Positions 20,420 to 30,691 are shown, counted from the stretch's first letter. The stretch is 64,000 nt of DNA from an uncultured bacterium (GCA_963705705.1 CAVPKK010000006.1:96001-160000); one strand, 5' to 3'. Notes: a model not told the origin generated them from the sequence alone. Program-made: numbers and translations.

Positions 20420-21363
20420 TTTACCAAGTACTGTTTCAATACTCGCGTCAGTTGGTGCAGGGCCGCACGAACTCCGGACGTCTGCGTGATAACGTTCAAC
20501 ATCAATGAATCATGAATTAAGCCAAGATAACGAACGGCAACGACGGGCACTCCTGCTTGCATAAGTTTATGAGCATACGCTTCGCCTTCATCGCGCAATA
20601 CATCACATTCATTGGTCATGATTAGCGCTGGAGGCAACTGCTTAAGCTGCTCTAACGAAGCTTGCAATGGTGACACAAGCGGATCTTTACGTTGAGCCTT
20701 ATCAGGTACATAGGCATCCCAAAACCAGTACATCGCATTTTTTTCTAACCAATAGCCTTTTGCAAATTGCCCATACGATGCATCTTGGAACTGTGCATCC
20801 GTCACCGGATACAGCAAAGCTTGGAATAGAAATTTCGGCCCCTTGCGCTGTTGTGCCATCATCGCAATTGAAGTTGCAAGCAATCCGCCCACGCTATCGC
20901 CAGCAATTGCCATACATGAAGCATCGAGGTCATATTCTGCGCCATGTTTTTCTACCCATTGTGCAGCGGCATAGCCTTGCTCATGAATGACTGGATATTG
21001 TGCTTCTGGTGCTCGGGTATATTCGACAAAAACTACTGCTGCTTGTGTTTCATTTACCACTTCACGCATTAATCGCTCATGGGTATTAAAACTGCCAAGC
21101 ACCCAACCACCACCATGCATCCAGAGAATGACGGGCAGTTTGTCTTTAGAATTCTGTGGCCGCAAAATATATACATCAACAGTACCCTGCGAACCTACGG
21201 GAATAGTTACTTTTTTAATGTCTGCCGGCAGCATGGTAACTGCAACAGATTTTTGGAGATTTTCTAGAACGACACGAGCCTCTGCAGGCGTTAATGAAGT
21301 CAGCGGCTTACCATCTTGTTTTGCAAGCGCATCTAAAAATGATTGGCATATCGGATCTACCAT
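20416..21363 (-). CDS. Alpha/beta hydrolase, HSL-family esterase
   Basis: HGGGWV, GDSVGG, DVLRDEG, IHD; RBS GAGGAG before ATG 21363. Confidence 0.92.
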   Translation of the reverse strand: MVDPICQSFLDALAKQDGKPLTSLTPAEARVVLENLQKSVAVTMLPADIKKVTIPVGSQGTVDVYILRPQNSKDKLPVILWMHGGGWVLGSFNTHERLMREVVNETQAAVVFVEYTRAPEAQYPVIHEQGYAAAQWVEKHGAEYDLDASCMAIAGDSVGGLLATSIAMMAQQRKGPKFLFQALLYPVTDAQFQDASYGQFAKGYWLEKNAMYWFWDAYVPDKAQRKDPLVSPLQASLEQLKQLPPALIMTNECDVLRDEGEAYAHKLMQAGVPVVAVRYLGLIHDSLMLNVITQTSGVRAALHQLTRVLKQYLVK

Positions 21364-21456
21364 TACAACTCTCCTCACTTAGTTTATAGATTTGATTCAC
21401 ATGTAACGTTAACACAAATTCAACCAAAGTAAGATCACTGCAGGTGTGTGAAATCA

Positions 21457-22485
21457 CTACAATTGCAACATCCCCGCATTCTCTCGGAATTTTGTTCCAA
21501 AGCCCTGTGAGCGCTTCATTATAAGATTCATTATTTGTTGCGCTTCACCACCTTCAGCTCGATTCACTGTCATATCAGTAATGCGAGCAGGAATAATAGA
21601 AAGCTGAGTAATTTTTTTATTCTCAACCATTATTGAAAACAATGCAGTTAAATCATTGCGCAATTTATCATCTATTGCATAGTCATCAATAAAATCACCC
21701 ATATCATAAAGAATGAGTTTATTCTTGTATTGCTCAATCCCTTGGACCACGTGGGCGCTGTGACCCGCTATCAAATCTGCACCGGCATCTATCATGGCAT
21801 GCGCATAATCAATAAAATTCTGCGACGGATATTCGCGCATATTCGGCCCCCAATGCAAAGTAACAATTAAAATATCAACTAAGGGTTTGTGCATCTTAAT
21901 AGCAGCAAGCAACTGCGCATCGCCGACTGCGATGTAATCCGTACCTGGTTTATGTGGACCTGCAATCCAAGTCGGTTCATTATCCGTGGCACCAAAGATA
22001 GCAAAGCGTGTGCCATTGATCGTGAATAAATAAGGTTTTCGCGCTTCAACATCATTCATGCCGGCGCCGACAGAAGCGATATTTGCTTGTTTTAATGTCT
22101 TCAATGTTTCTTCAAACCCAGTCAGGCCATAATCAAGCACATGATTGTTGGCAATGTTCACGATGCTGATATTTGCTTGTTTAAGAACGGCAACATGCGC
22201 TGGATCAGATTTAAAATTGAATACCTTTGGCACTGGTTGATTATTGGTAGTCAGCGCCGTTTCAAGATTACAAACAACAAGATTTTGTTGCTGCATAATA
22301 GGCAACATAGTGCCCCATAGATTATGGTTCGGTTGTGCTCGCAATAACTCATTGACCATACGGCCGATCATTACATCGCCGACAAAGCCAATATGGATTG
22401 GTGGTTCAGCACTGCGAGATGATTTGAATTGGTTAAGAAACAAAATTGCGCATGCAGCCAAAAGCACAAGTAATAATTTCTTCAT
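21457..22485 (-). CDS. CapA family metallophosphoesterase (poly-gamma-glutamate synthesis protein-like)
   Basis: GDVMIGR, NLE, ANNHVLDYG, LHWG, GHSAHV, YDMGDF. Confidence 0.9.
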   Translation of the reverse strand: MKKLLLVLLAACAILFLNQFKSSRSAEPPIHIGFVGDVMIGRMVNELLRAQPNHNLWGTMLPIMQQQNLVVCNLETALTTNNQPVPKVFNFKSDPAHVAVLKQANISIVNIANNHVLDYGLTGFEETLKTLKQANIASVGAGMNDVEARKPYLFTINGTRFAIFGATDNEPTWIAGPHKPGTDYIAVGDAQLLAAIKMHKPLVDILIVTLHWGPNMREYPSQNFIDYAHAMIDAGADLIAGHSAHVVQGIEQYKNKLILYDMGDFIDDYAIDDKLRNDLTALFSIMVENKKITQLSIIPARITDMTVNRAEGGEAQQIMNLIMKRSQGFGTKFRENAGMLQL

Positions 22486-22698
22486 TAATACATCTATCCT
22501 AGAATTTAATCGTGTACTTTTGCGTTAAATAGAATAGGTAAGCCAAATTAAGGCATAAGAATTTTAACGTGCTTTATCTTATTGAAGTCTGAATCAAGTG
22601 TCAGAACCGATGACTTCTCGCGCTCTGCTAAAGCGACTGCTTTTCTTCAAATGCAACCGCCAACATTGGTGATGCATCGAGGATTAAGGATGAATCCA

Positions 22699-22905
22699 TT
22701 AATCGCCCCAAATAATATCTTTATCAGGACGAGTATCGCGCTTTGGTCTTTTACCATTTACAAGGCCTATACCAATTAGTTTGCGCCAGCCCTGTAGGTT
22801 TTCCAGTTTTTTTGGTGTTTTGGCACTTTTCTTTGTTACAGCTTTTGCAGCGGTTTTTTTTGTTGCGACACGTTTCTTGGTAACGGTCTTCTTTTTTGGT
22901 TGCAT
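22699..22905 (-). CDS. Small Lys/Ala/Thr-rich histone H1-like basic protein
   Basis: RBS AGGAG; KKTVTKKRVATKKTAAKAVTKKSAKTPKK. Confidence 0.6.
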   Translation of the reverse strand: MQPKKKTVTKKRVATKKTAAKAVTKKSAKTPKKLENLQGWRKLIGIGLVNGKRPKRDTRPDKDIIWGD

Positions 22906-22997
22906 GAGGTGAAAACTCCTATCAATTGAATAGTTATAATCAAGGTACCGCAAGAGCACCCAAAGTCAACATACTTTTGGTTGCTAACGATAGCAGC

Positions 22998-23026
22998 AAA
23001 AAACCCACTCGAGTGAGTGGGTCTTT
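22998..23026 (-). terminator. Intrinsic terminator after rplU
   Basis: ACCCACTC-ACTC-GAGTGGGT followed by T-run on minus strand. Confidence 0.8.
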
Positions 23027-23051
23027 CGTTTAAAATATTTAATTAAGGCGA

Positions 23052-23426
23052 TTAAATTGATTCGACGCGAACCACGGTGATTAATTGGCGGTGGCCTTTT
23101 TTGACCTGAACCTTTTTACGGCGTTTGAAGCGGAAGGAAATAACTTTAGGGCCTTTGTCTTGTTTCAAGATCACAGCCTTGACGACTGCTTTTGCTACAA
23201 ACGGCTGGCCGATTTCTACTTTATCTGGACCAAGCTTGCGCAGGAGAACTTCTTTAAATTCTACTTTGCTGCCATCTTCGCCTTCAAGTTTTTCAAGACC
23301 AAGAGTTTTACCTTCGATGGCTTGGTATTGCTTACCGCCCGTTTGGATAATAGCATAGCGTTCAGCTACTGCTTCTTCTGTCTTTTTATCTGTCTTTTTT
23401 GCTGTCTGCTGCTTTTGTGCGACCAT
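23052..23426 (-). CDS. rplU: 50S ribosomal protein L21 with N-terminal extension
   Basis: YAIIQTGGKQY, IGQPFV, FKRRK...KGHRQ. Confidence 0.95.
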   Translation of the reverse strand: MVAQKQQTAKKTDKKTEEAVAERYAIIQTGGKQYQAIEGKTLGLEKLEGEDGSKVEFKEVLLRKLGPDKVEIGQPFVAKAVVKAVILKQDKGPKVISFRFKRRKKVQVKKGHRQLITVVRVESI

Positions 23427-23600
23427 GAAAATCCTCTAAAATCTAAACTTTTATCTCATAAACGGGGACGGCTATTGTAGCAAAAGCTCATCTTTCGCCA
23501 ACCAGGGCAGGCCTGGGACCAACAACAATTTTTTTAGTGTATGACCCCTTTAATTCCGTCAGGCAAGCGATTCAGCTTATAAAGGCAAGTTATCGCAGAT

Positions 23601-23683
23601 TAAGGGTCCGTTCCCTCCCCTTAATAATCCCCTCCCTGAATCTTTACTATATGGAGGGCAAGCCCTCCATGCCACCCTTTTTT
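23601..23683. repeat. Repeat family B copy
   Basis: GGTCCGTTCCCTCCCC...CCCCTCCCT...TGGAGGGCAAGCCCTCCA..CCACCC; matches 49226 and 62933. Confidence 0.75.
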
Positions 23684-23699
23684 GCGCTTTGGAAGCATT

Positions 23700-26165
23700 C
23701 TAATCAGGATGAGCGCATTCAGACTTTATTTCCGAGCTGTATAGAGAGAAATTATCCGATGATGTTTTCCCTAGGCGATTCAGGATTTCCTGTGCCCGGG
23801 CGACTATAGGGGCGGGCAGGCCGGCCAGCTTTGCCGCGGCTATACCAAAGCTGCCATCGGCGGCGCCGGGGACCATTTTATAGAGGAATAGGATGCCAGT
23901 CGGCACCTGCTTGTTGGCAGCATGATAGCTCACCATGCCAGGGATATTGTCTAGCGCCGTAAGCTCATGGTAATGGGTGGCAAATAGGCAGCGGGCCTTA
24001 ATCTGATGCAGATGCTCAATGACCGCCTGGGCAATGGCCAGACCGTCATAGGTGCTGGTCCCGCGGCCGACTTCATCCAGGATAACGAGGCTGCGGCTAG
24101 TTGCCTGGGTGCAGATGGCGGCTGTCTCTTCCATTTCAATAAGAAAGGTGCTTTTCCCACCGCTGACATTGTCTCCCGCACCGATTCGGGTAAAGATGCG
24201 ATCGAGGATTGGCATAATGGCTGATTTTGCTGGTACATAGGTGCCCATGTGGGCCATAAGGGAAATTAGGGCCACTTGGCGCAGATAGGTCGACTTACCG
24301 CCCATGTTTGGCCCAGTAATGATCCAGATAGATTGATCGTCATTCAATAGGGAATCGTTCGGGATAAATTGATGGCCAAGGGCAGCGGCTACCACCGGAT
24401 GCTTTCCGGATTCAATTATTATTGAGCGGTCAGTAATTGAATTATCGTTAAATATCGGACGAACATAGCCGTTATGGTATGAAACCAAACTGAGACCAAC
24501 TAAGCCATCCAAATGGGCCAATGCTTGTGCGGTATGCCGTAAAAAAGTGAGTTGTTGAATAACGGCACCTTTAACTTGTTCAAAAAGCGCCTGTTCTAAT
24601 GATTTAACTTCATGCTGAGCGGCTAGGATTTCACCCTGTAGCCGTCGCAATGCTGGCATGATGAACCGCTCACGACCGGCGAGTGTTTGTTGGCGCGTAT
24701 AATCCGGTGGCACAAGATGAAAGTTGGCTTTGGTGATTTCAATGTAATATCCATGCACCGAATTGTATCGAATTTTGAGCGACTGAATGCCGGTCCGTTC
24801 GCTTTCGGCCGCCTCAAGTTCCATAATTTTTGTATTGCTATTGTTTGCCAAATCGCGGAGCTGATCAAGTTGCTTATCAAATCCTTCCTTAATGAGCTGA
24901 TCAGGATTGTCGGTAGTAAGCGCTTGCTCGAGCAATTTCCATAGCTGTTGTAAATCGGCTAAGCGTTCATAAATTGCTGCCATTAATGTGCTATGCACAC
25001 GCACCGATTCGATAGCAGTTCGCAATGCCGGCAATATGCCCAATGCTTGCTTAAGCAAAAGATAATCGTGCGGTGTTGCCCGACGCAATGCAATACGGCC
25101 AACAACCCGCTCCAAATCCCCTACTTCCTTGAGCGATTGCTCAGTTGAACGGAGTGTTGTCGGTGCCATAGTCAATGATTGAATGGCATCCAAGCGCTGC
25201 TCAATATGTGGCTTGGAAACTAATGGCCGCTGAATCCATTTTTTTATTGTTCGCGAACCCATGGCTGTGACTGCGCCATCGAGATGGCCAAATAACGTAA
25301 GGCCACCTTCATGCATCGGACGAATCAGTTCCAAATTGCGCTGGCTAGCCGGATCAATAAGCAAAAATTCTTCTGGTTGGTAAAAGTGGATGTTACGAAA
25401 TTGTTCGAGCGCCGCTTCCTGATTCTTTTTGAGATAGGTATGAAACATGGCCATTGCTGAACGCAGGCCACTGGATGCATTTATTTTTGTGTTAGTGTCA
25501 CGATCAAAGTGGCGCGAAAGCCACCCACGCATGGCGCCTTCGTCTTCTGATACGACGGGCGTTGTGTAATACCCAAGTTTTTTAAACTGTCCGGCATATT
25601 CCGTTGATTTGGTATCGGGCAGGAGAATTTCATCGGGCAGAAAACGATTTATTTCTGATTCAAGGGCTTTCGAAACTTCTGGCAGTTGCTCAAGCAACTG
25701 AGGTGGTAAGGTGGTGGCAAATAGTTGGGCTGAAAGCAGTTCGCCGAATAGTAGGCCGCAGCCATTTGGATCTGGGAAAAAGGAGCAAAGATATGAAGCA
25801 GATTTTTGGTCTAATAATTTATCATCGGTTAATGTACCGGGCGTAAGTACGCGGGTCACAGCCCGAGCAACCAATTTGCCTGGTACCGCCTCTTCCAGTT
25901 GCTCAGCCAAGGCAACCTTAAACCCCTGGCGGACCAATTTGGTTATGTAATGGCTCGATGTATGGATCGGCACGCCGCATAAAGGAATCGGTTCGCCATT
26001 ATGGGTACCACGTTTAGTTAAGGTAAGGCCAATCGCAGCTGAAACTACTTTGGCATCGTCCCAAAATAGTTCGAAGAAGTCGCCGACCTGGAACAATAAT
26101 ATGGTATCTGGGTACTGGGATTTAATGTCAACATATTGTTGCATTAAGGGAGTGTAGTTGCTCAT
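23700..26165 (-). CDS. mutS: DNA mismatch repair protein MutS (MutS1)
   Basis: TPLMQQY, FQVGDFFELF mismatch-binding motif, TGPNMGGKSTYLRQ, STFLIEM, DEVGRGTST, FATHYHEL. Confidence 0.96.
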   Translation of the reverse strand: MSNYTPLMQQYVDIKSQYPDTILLFQVGDFFELFWDDAKVVSAAIGLTLTKRGTHNGEPIPLCGVPIHTSSHYITKLVRQGFKVALAEQLEEAVPGKLVARAVTRVLTPGTLTDDKLLDQKSASYLCSFFPDPNGCGLLFGELLSAQLFATTLPPQLLEQLPEVSKALESEINRFLPDEILLPDTKSTEYAGQFKKLGYYTTPVVSEDEGAMRGWLSRHFDRDTNTKINASSGLRSAMAMFHTYLKKNQEAALEQFRNIHFYQPEEFLLIDPASQRNLELIRPMHEGGLTLFGHLDGAVTAMGSRTIKKWIQRPLVSKPHIEQRLDAIQSLTMAPTTLRSTEQSLKEVGDLERVVGRIALRRATPHDYLLLKQALGILPALRTAIESVRVHSTLMAAIYERLADLQQLWKLLEQALTTDNPDQLIKEGFDKQLDQLRDLANNSNTKIMELEAAESERTGIQSLKIRYNSVHGYYIEITKANFHLVPPDYTRQQTLAGRERFIMPALRRLQGEILAAQHEVKSLEQALFEQVKGAVIQQLTFLRHTAQALAHLDGLVGLSLVSYHNGYVRPIFNDNSITDRSIIIESGKHPVVAAALGHQFIPNDSLLNDDQSIWIITGPNMGGKSTYLRQVALISLMAHMGTYVPAKSAIMPILDRIFTRIGAGDNVSGGKSTFLIEMEETAAICTQATSRSLVILDEVGRGTSTYDGLAIAQAVIEHLHQIKARCLFATHYHELTALDNIPGMVSYHAANKQVPTGILFLYKMVPGAADGSFGIAAAKLAGLPAPIVARAQEILNRLGKTSSDNFSLYSSEIKSECAHPD

Positions 26166-26339
26166 GTTTTTTAGCGCCAAAGGGATTGGTTAGACATTCA
26201 GTAGGTTAGCATAGGTTTTGCAGAGCCAGAAATATTATGCGTCAACAATCAAAGAGAAAGGAAGTAAAGCCTATTGAATTCAATACAAACTCTTCTTTTT
26301 TGCCTGAGCAATATGTTATTTTCGGAACTAAAGAGGAAT

Positions 26340-26852
26340 ATGATGAAAATCAAACTAACAGCATTGTTTTTATTGACGGTATCTATTGCGGCGCAAGCGG
26401 AAGCGCCTTGCGAACCATATTGTGAAAAAGTATGCGATATAGCCCCTTGCCCCCCGGCCTTCGCACGCAACAACCAAGGCGACACGCCCTTGCATGCATT
26501 GGTTATGAATGCAGAAGAACAAGTGAGCAAGATTTTGCATGCGTTATGGCTGCAGGAAGCTGACGCTGGCCAAGAGCACACCCATTTATTTAATCGTTGG
26601 AAGAAAATGCTCAGGAGAAGGTTGCTCTTCATAAACAAACAATATCATGCAGATCTGGCCAGGTTACGTGGCTGCGGCGAAGAACAACTATATGAAATGA
26701 CCGATGTCAGAAATTATGAGGGTAAAACGGTCGCTGATTTGCTTGAATCGTTTCCAATGGTAGATCGCGAAGATGCTGCATATCTTAATATTCGTTATGA
26801 ATTAGTTAATGAGTTCTATGATGCGGTGATGCGGTTCATGGATAGTAAATGA
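26340..26852 (+). CDS. Secreted protein with ankyrin-like motifs
   Basis: RBS GAGGA, signal peptide, RNNQGDTPLH and RNYEGKTVADL. Confidence 0.7.
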   Translation: MMKIKLTALFLLTVSIAAQAEAPCEPYCEKVCDIAPCPPAFARNNQGDTPLHALVMNAEEQVSKILHALWLQEADAGQEHTHLFNRWKKMLRRRLLFINKQYHADLARLRGCGEEQLYEMTDVRNYEGKTVADLLESFPMVDREDAAYLNIRYELVNEFYDAVMRFMDSK

Positions 26853-26866
26853 AAAAAGGAACAAAA

Positions 26867-27601
26867 ATGAATGCAAAAATCATATTTACTCTAATACTGC
26901 TAATAGGCAGTCAAATTAAGGCCATTTCATTTAAGGACTATTATCTGGAACATCACGATACAATCGATGAGCAACTTGTAAAAGGTGTGCTCAATTTAAA
27001 TGATAAAAGCCTGAGCGATTTAGTTGGCTTTGATGCGGAGCATGTACCGCATTTTCGTGACTTAACCGAGTTGTATCTTGAAAAAAATGATCTAAAAACA
27101 TTACCTGAATCATTTACACAACTTACCAAGTTACAGCGACTTAATGTGAGCAATAATCAAATTGAAGAAATACCAAAATGGATAAGTGATCTTAAGGAAC
27201 TTAAAAGCTTCCACCTTGCTGACAATAAGATAACCGAATTACCAAACACCCTTGGCAAGCTGTCCAATCTTAAAACGCTCGTGGTATCAAACAATCCATT
27301 AGCGGGTACAACAGCACATCAAAAAAAGCAGCTCGGGCTTCCAGCATCAGTTACATTGTTCTTTAAAACGCCTAAAGAAGAGGAAGCGGAAAAAAAACTT
27401 TTTATCGCATGCCAGGAAGATGATGTGAAATCTGTGCAAAATTGGCTTAACGTCTTAAGCACGATGCCTACGCCGTTAAAGAATACTCAGGATCTGAGCA
27501 AGATCAGAGACAATTATGGGTTAAGCATCTTGAACTGGGCAGGCAGCGTTGCGGTCGACAAATCAATTGAGGGTGCTGTCGCGGCGCAGAAGGCGAAGTA
27601 G
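26867..27601 (+). CDS. Secreted leucine-rich repeat protein
   Basis: repeated LxxLxLxxNxLxxLP; ankyrin-like tail. Confidence 0.88.
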   Translation: MNAKIIFTLILLIGSQIKAISFKDYYLEHHDTIDEQLVKGVLNLNDKSLSDLVGFDAEHVPHFRDLTELYLEKNDLKTLPESFTQLTKLQRLNVSNNQIEEIPKWISDLKELKSFHLADNKITELPNTLGKLSNLKTLVVSNNPLAGTTAHQKKQLGLPASVTLFFKTPKEEEAEKKLFIACQEDDVKSVQNWLNVLSTMPTPLKNTQDLSKIRDNYGLSILNWAGSVAVDKSIEGAVAAQKAK

Positions 27602-27654
27602 CTCATCTTGAGCAGCGCGCGCTTTGATTCTTCGATTAACTCAGAATGAGCGCG
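27601..27654. repeat. Family A copy (27618-27654) plus an opposite-orientation half copy
   Basis: CGCGCTTTGATTCTTCGATTAACTCAGAATGAGCGCG; GCTCATCTTGAG at 27601. Confidence 0.85.
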
Positions 27655-27686
27655 ATCAATGGTTAGCGAAGCGGCCACAAAATAGA

Positions 27687-29813
27687 CTACGTAGCAGAGA
27701 CTGAAGATGTTCGGTCATCCAATCCATATTCCTGCCACAACTTCTTAACAACGCTTTGACGTGAATAGCCGCGTTTGAGTTTAAAGTCGGGATGTTCACC
27801 ATCCGGTGCTTCAACGCAATAATTGCTAAATTCACCGCGGTTTTCATTTTCAAGACCGACAATAAGATCGCCATGATTGTGAGTAGCGTAAATGGTTAAC
27901 ATATTTGGCTTGCTAAATTTCTTCGCAAAGCGATACAACGTATTTTGCGCATCCTGCTGTGATGTCGCACGGAACAATTCGTCAAATAAATTGAACGCAA
28001 ATTGGCCTGGCTTCAATTTATTTACTTTACCCATTAAATAATTGCATGCGGTATCTAACTCAGTTTTAAATCCTGAAAGACCTTCGGCTTGGCTATCACG
28101 CAAATTCATAGCAGTGTTCAACATAGTAAATGGTGTCAGGCGCATTGATGCGGCTGGTGCAATACCAAGCGTTTGCGCTAGGAATATGCTATGACCAACA
28201 CCACGAACGATAGTAGATTTACCACCAGCGTTTGGCCCGGTAAGCATGATATTTTTTTCGTTTTGGCCAAAGGTAAGATTGTTAACGATCACATTGCTTA
28301 AATCGGTATCGCGGTGATCTTTATTCAGCGCAACTACTGGATTCCAGAATGATTGTAATTCTATTGATGGTTGATCTGCTGCCACATATTCTGGATAGCA
28401 AAATTTCACGTGCTTATCTTCGTATTCATCCATAAGCAACGCTACAGAAAGATAGGCATCAATGTAACCGATTGCGCGGAATAATCGTGCCCAAACATCC
28501 TTAGTCTTATCCATGAGATGATTTGCCGCAAAGAGTCGGCCGTAGTGGCTAAAGAGCGACCATGAGCTTGCGGTACCTTTAAAGGTATCGGTAGATAAAA
28601 TATCGAGTAATTTTTCAAAATCTGGAACTTGGCCAGGAACATCGAGGTATGAGAATAGATCATGGCACTCAGGAATAATTTTATCCAAGCCTAGCGTGCG
28701 CAATGCATATTTAGCAGTACGTAAAGAATTTACGGCAGCTGCAAGGCGAATAAGATCATCATGCAATACACGGTGGACCGTGATCATGGTTTTCATCTCA
28801 TCCCAATATTTAAAGGGCATAAATGGCAAGAACAAAGCATCTTGTACCATCTTGGTAGTGCCACCTACATTCTTCAAACCATTAAATATTCGCGTAACGC
28901 CGTATGCCATAGATCCCAATAAGAATCCATAAGACCCAATTCTTCTCTGAAAATCAGCTGCAAGGCCAGCATCACGGTTTTGACTTCTCTGCAAATTTTC
29001 AAGATCTCGTGCTGGATCTGGAAATATATGGTTGGTCAATGGATTATTCATCGTAACATCGCCAATCATTCCCAAAGTATGCAGCATATGGGTGAATTCA
29101 AGCGCTTTTATTAAACGCTCGATGCTTCCCATAACGAAATTCATACCCGGCGATGAATCAATTTTATCATAAAATTTTCCGACGAAATTTTTTTCCTTAA
29201 ACCATTCCGGCTGGAAGACACGCGGCGTGTAGTATTGCTTCAGGCTGGCCTTACGATCACTTTTATTGCTCATATGGAATAGCAAAAGTATCTCTTCAGC
29301 TTTGTGAATGCGCTGCAGCACATATTGCAATGATTTACGTTTCTGTTTATCTGTACGCAGAAGTTTAATGATTTCCTGACGGCGCTGGAGCTCCTGTATA
29401 TTGGTGACTGCTAATGGCTCAGTCAACATACCGGCAAGCATTGCACGGCCGAATACCGTTGTTGTTCTATTAATTGCATCAAAAAGATGAGGGAACAACT
29501 CTAAATCACGCCAAGAATATGGCGCTGCAAACCGTTGTGATTCTTCTACTGGCAAAGATCGATCGGCAGTGGCGAATAGTGAGAGGGTAAGATAATCCCG
29601 ATACGCCTCAGGTAATTTAGGGCTGAGAACTTCATCGAACGAACGTGGGTTTTCAAGGCTCACATCACGAGCCCCCAACATTTCACCCATAATCAGCCAA
29701 TAGCGTGAAACTTGTGATGGATAACCAGTTGAAGCTAGGCAGCCAAATGGAATCTGCAGGGCGAGTATGAGCGCAAGGAATCGCTTAATTAATCCCGATT
29801 TATTGAAGTGCAT
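27687..29813 (-). CDS. MutS-related ATPase (domains III/V only) with signal peptide
   Basis: RTTTVFGRAML, TGPNAGGKST, LAQTLG, SGFKTE, DELFRAT, ATH; no GDFYE mismatch domain. Confidence 0.85.
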   Translation of the reverse strand: MHFNKSGLIKRFLALILALQIPFGCLASTGYPSQVSRYWLIMGEMLGARDVSLENPRSFDEVLSPKLPEAYRDYLTLSLFATADRSLPVEESQRFAAPYSWRDLELFPHLFDAINRTTTVFGRAMLAGMLTEPLAVTNIQELQRRQEIIKLLRTDKQKRKSLQYVLQRIHKAEEILLLFHMSNKSDRKASLKQYYTPRVFQPEWFKEKNFVGKFYDKIDSSPGMNFVMGSIERLIKALEFTHMLHTLGMIGDVTMNNPLTNHIFPDPARDLENLQRSQNRDAGLAADFQRRIGSYGFLLGSMAYGVTRIFNGLKNVGGTTKMVQDALFLPFMPFKYWDEMKTMITVHRVLHDDLIRLAAAVNSLRTAKYALRTLGLDKIIPECHDLFSYLDVPGQVPDFEKLLDILSTDTFKGTASSWSLFSHYGRLFAANHLMDKTKDVWARLFRAIGYIDAYLSVALLMDEYEDKHVKFCYPEYVAADQPSIELQSFWNPVVALNKDHRDTDLSNVIVNNLTFGQNEKNIMLTGPNAGGKSTIVRGVGHSIFLAQTLGIAPAASMRLTPFTMLNTAMNLRDSQAEGLSGFKTELDTACNYLMGKVNKLKPGQFAFNLFDELFRATSQQDAQNTLYRFAKKFSKPNMLTIYATHNHGDLIVGLENENRGEFSNYCVEAPDGEHPDFKLKRGYSRQSVVKKLWQEYGLDDRTSSVSAT

Positions 29814-30691
29814 TAGAAGCCACCTTGATTATAACTCTTCTCATATACTTCAAATGCACCGCATTCAATATCAACGCGAACGGCATACTGTGTTATTGCT
29901 TCAATGAGTTGCAGAACCGTTGCTTCACCTGATGCAAACAATGTCCGCATTTCTGCATTTGTTGTTTTGGTAATAGCCACAACATTTTTGATTACACCTG
30001 CAAAAGGCACCATATCTTCGGCGCGAGAACCCTCAGCCTTATATAATCCGATACGGAATTGCATATAGCCGCATAATTTGAGCGTTGCTTTGCTCAATTG
30101 CGCATACAAATGGCTCCAATATTCGATTTCGTCAGCTGTTGCGTTTTTGTCCGACACAAATTGTAATTCTCTTTCAACGGTTGTTTTATGACCGTTAAAG
30201 GAAGTGTTTGCATCTTTAAATGCCTTAATTGAGCTATAACGCTCTTGTCCCATTAATAAATCTTTTAATCTATCCAAAGCAAGACCGGCAAACGTGATTA
30301 TCGCAAATGTTTTGGCGATACCTTTTGCAGTATTACCAATACTTTCGGATTCAGACTGCTTTTCAATGTGCGCTTCCATTTTTTGCATTGATTTTGCAAG
30401 ACTCTCAAGTGTAGGCAGCACGATTGGTTCAGCTCCATCTGGTTTCTTTGTATCATCGTTCTTTTTACCGAGCAAGTAATAACTTAATCCACCTGCTAAT
30501 GCGAGTGCGAAACCGACAAAGGTAAAGTTTCTGGTTGCTTTAGTACTGTTGTAACCCGCATTCACTTTACAACAAGCTTGGTTGATCATTGCTGGGGTTA
30601 TATCGTGAAGTTCGGCTACTACCGCATTCAGTGGAGCAGTAATAAGGCATACGGTTAATAAAGGTATAAATATTCTTGTACGTATTTGCAT
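29813..30691 (-). CDS. Hypothetical exported/membrane protein, coupled to the MutS-related gene
   Basis: 292 aa ORF, signal peptide, TM segments, stop/start overlap. Confidence 0.75.
   Translation of the reverse strand: MQIRTRIFIPLLTVCLITAPLNAVVAELHDITPAMINQACCKVNAGYNSTKATRNFTFVGFALALAGGLSYYLLGKKNDDTKKPDGAEPIVLPTLESLAKSMQKMEAHIEKQSESESIGNTAKGIAKTFAIITFAGLALDRLKDLLMGQERYSSIKAFKDANTSFNGHKTTVERELQFVSDKNATADEIEYWSHLYAQLSKATLKLCGYMQFRIGLYKAEGSRAEDMVPFAGVIKNVVAITKTTNAEMRTLFASGEATVLQLIEAITQYAVRVDIECGAFEVYEKSYNQGGF

Noticed and set aside
23537..23809. 90 aa plus-strand ORF
   Set aside because: Spans the family B repeat and the antisense end of mutS
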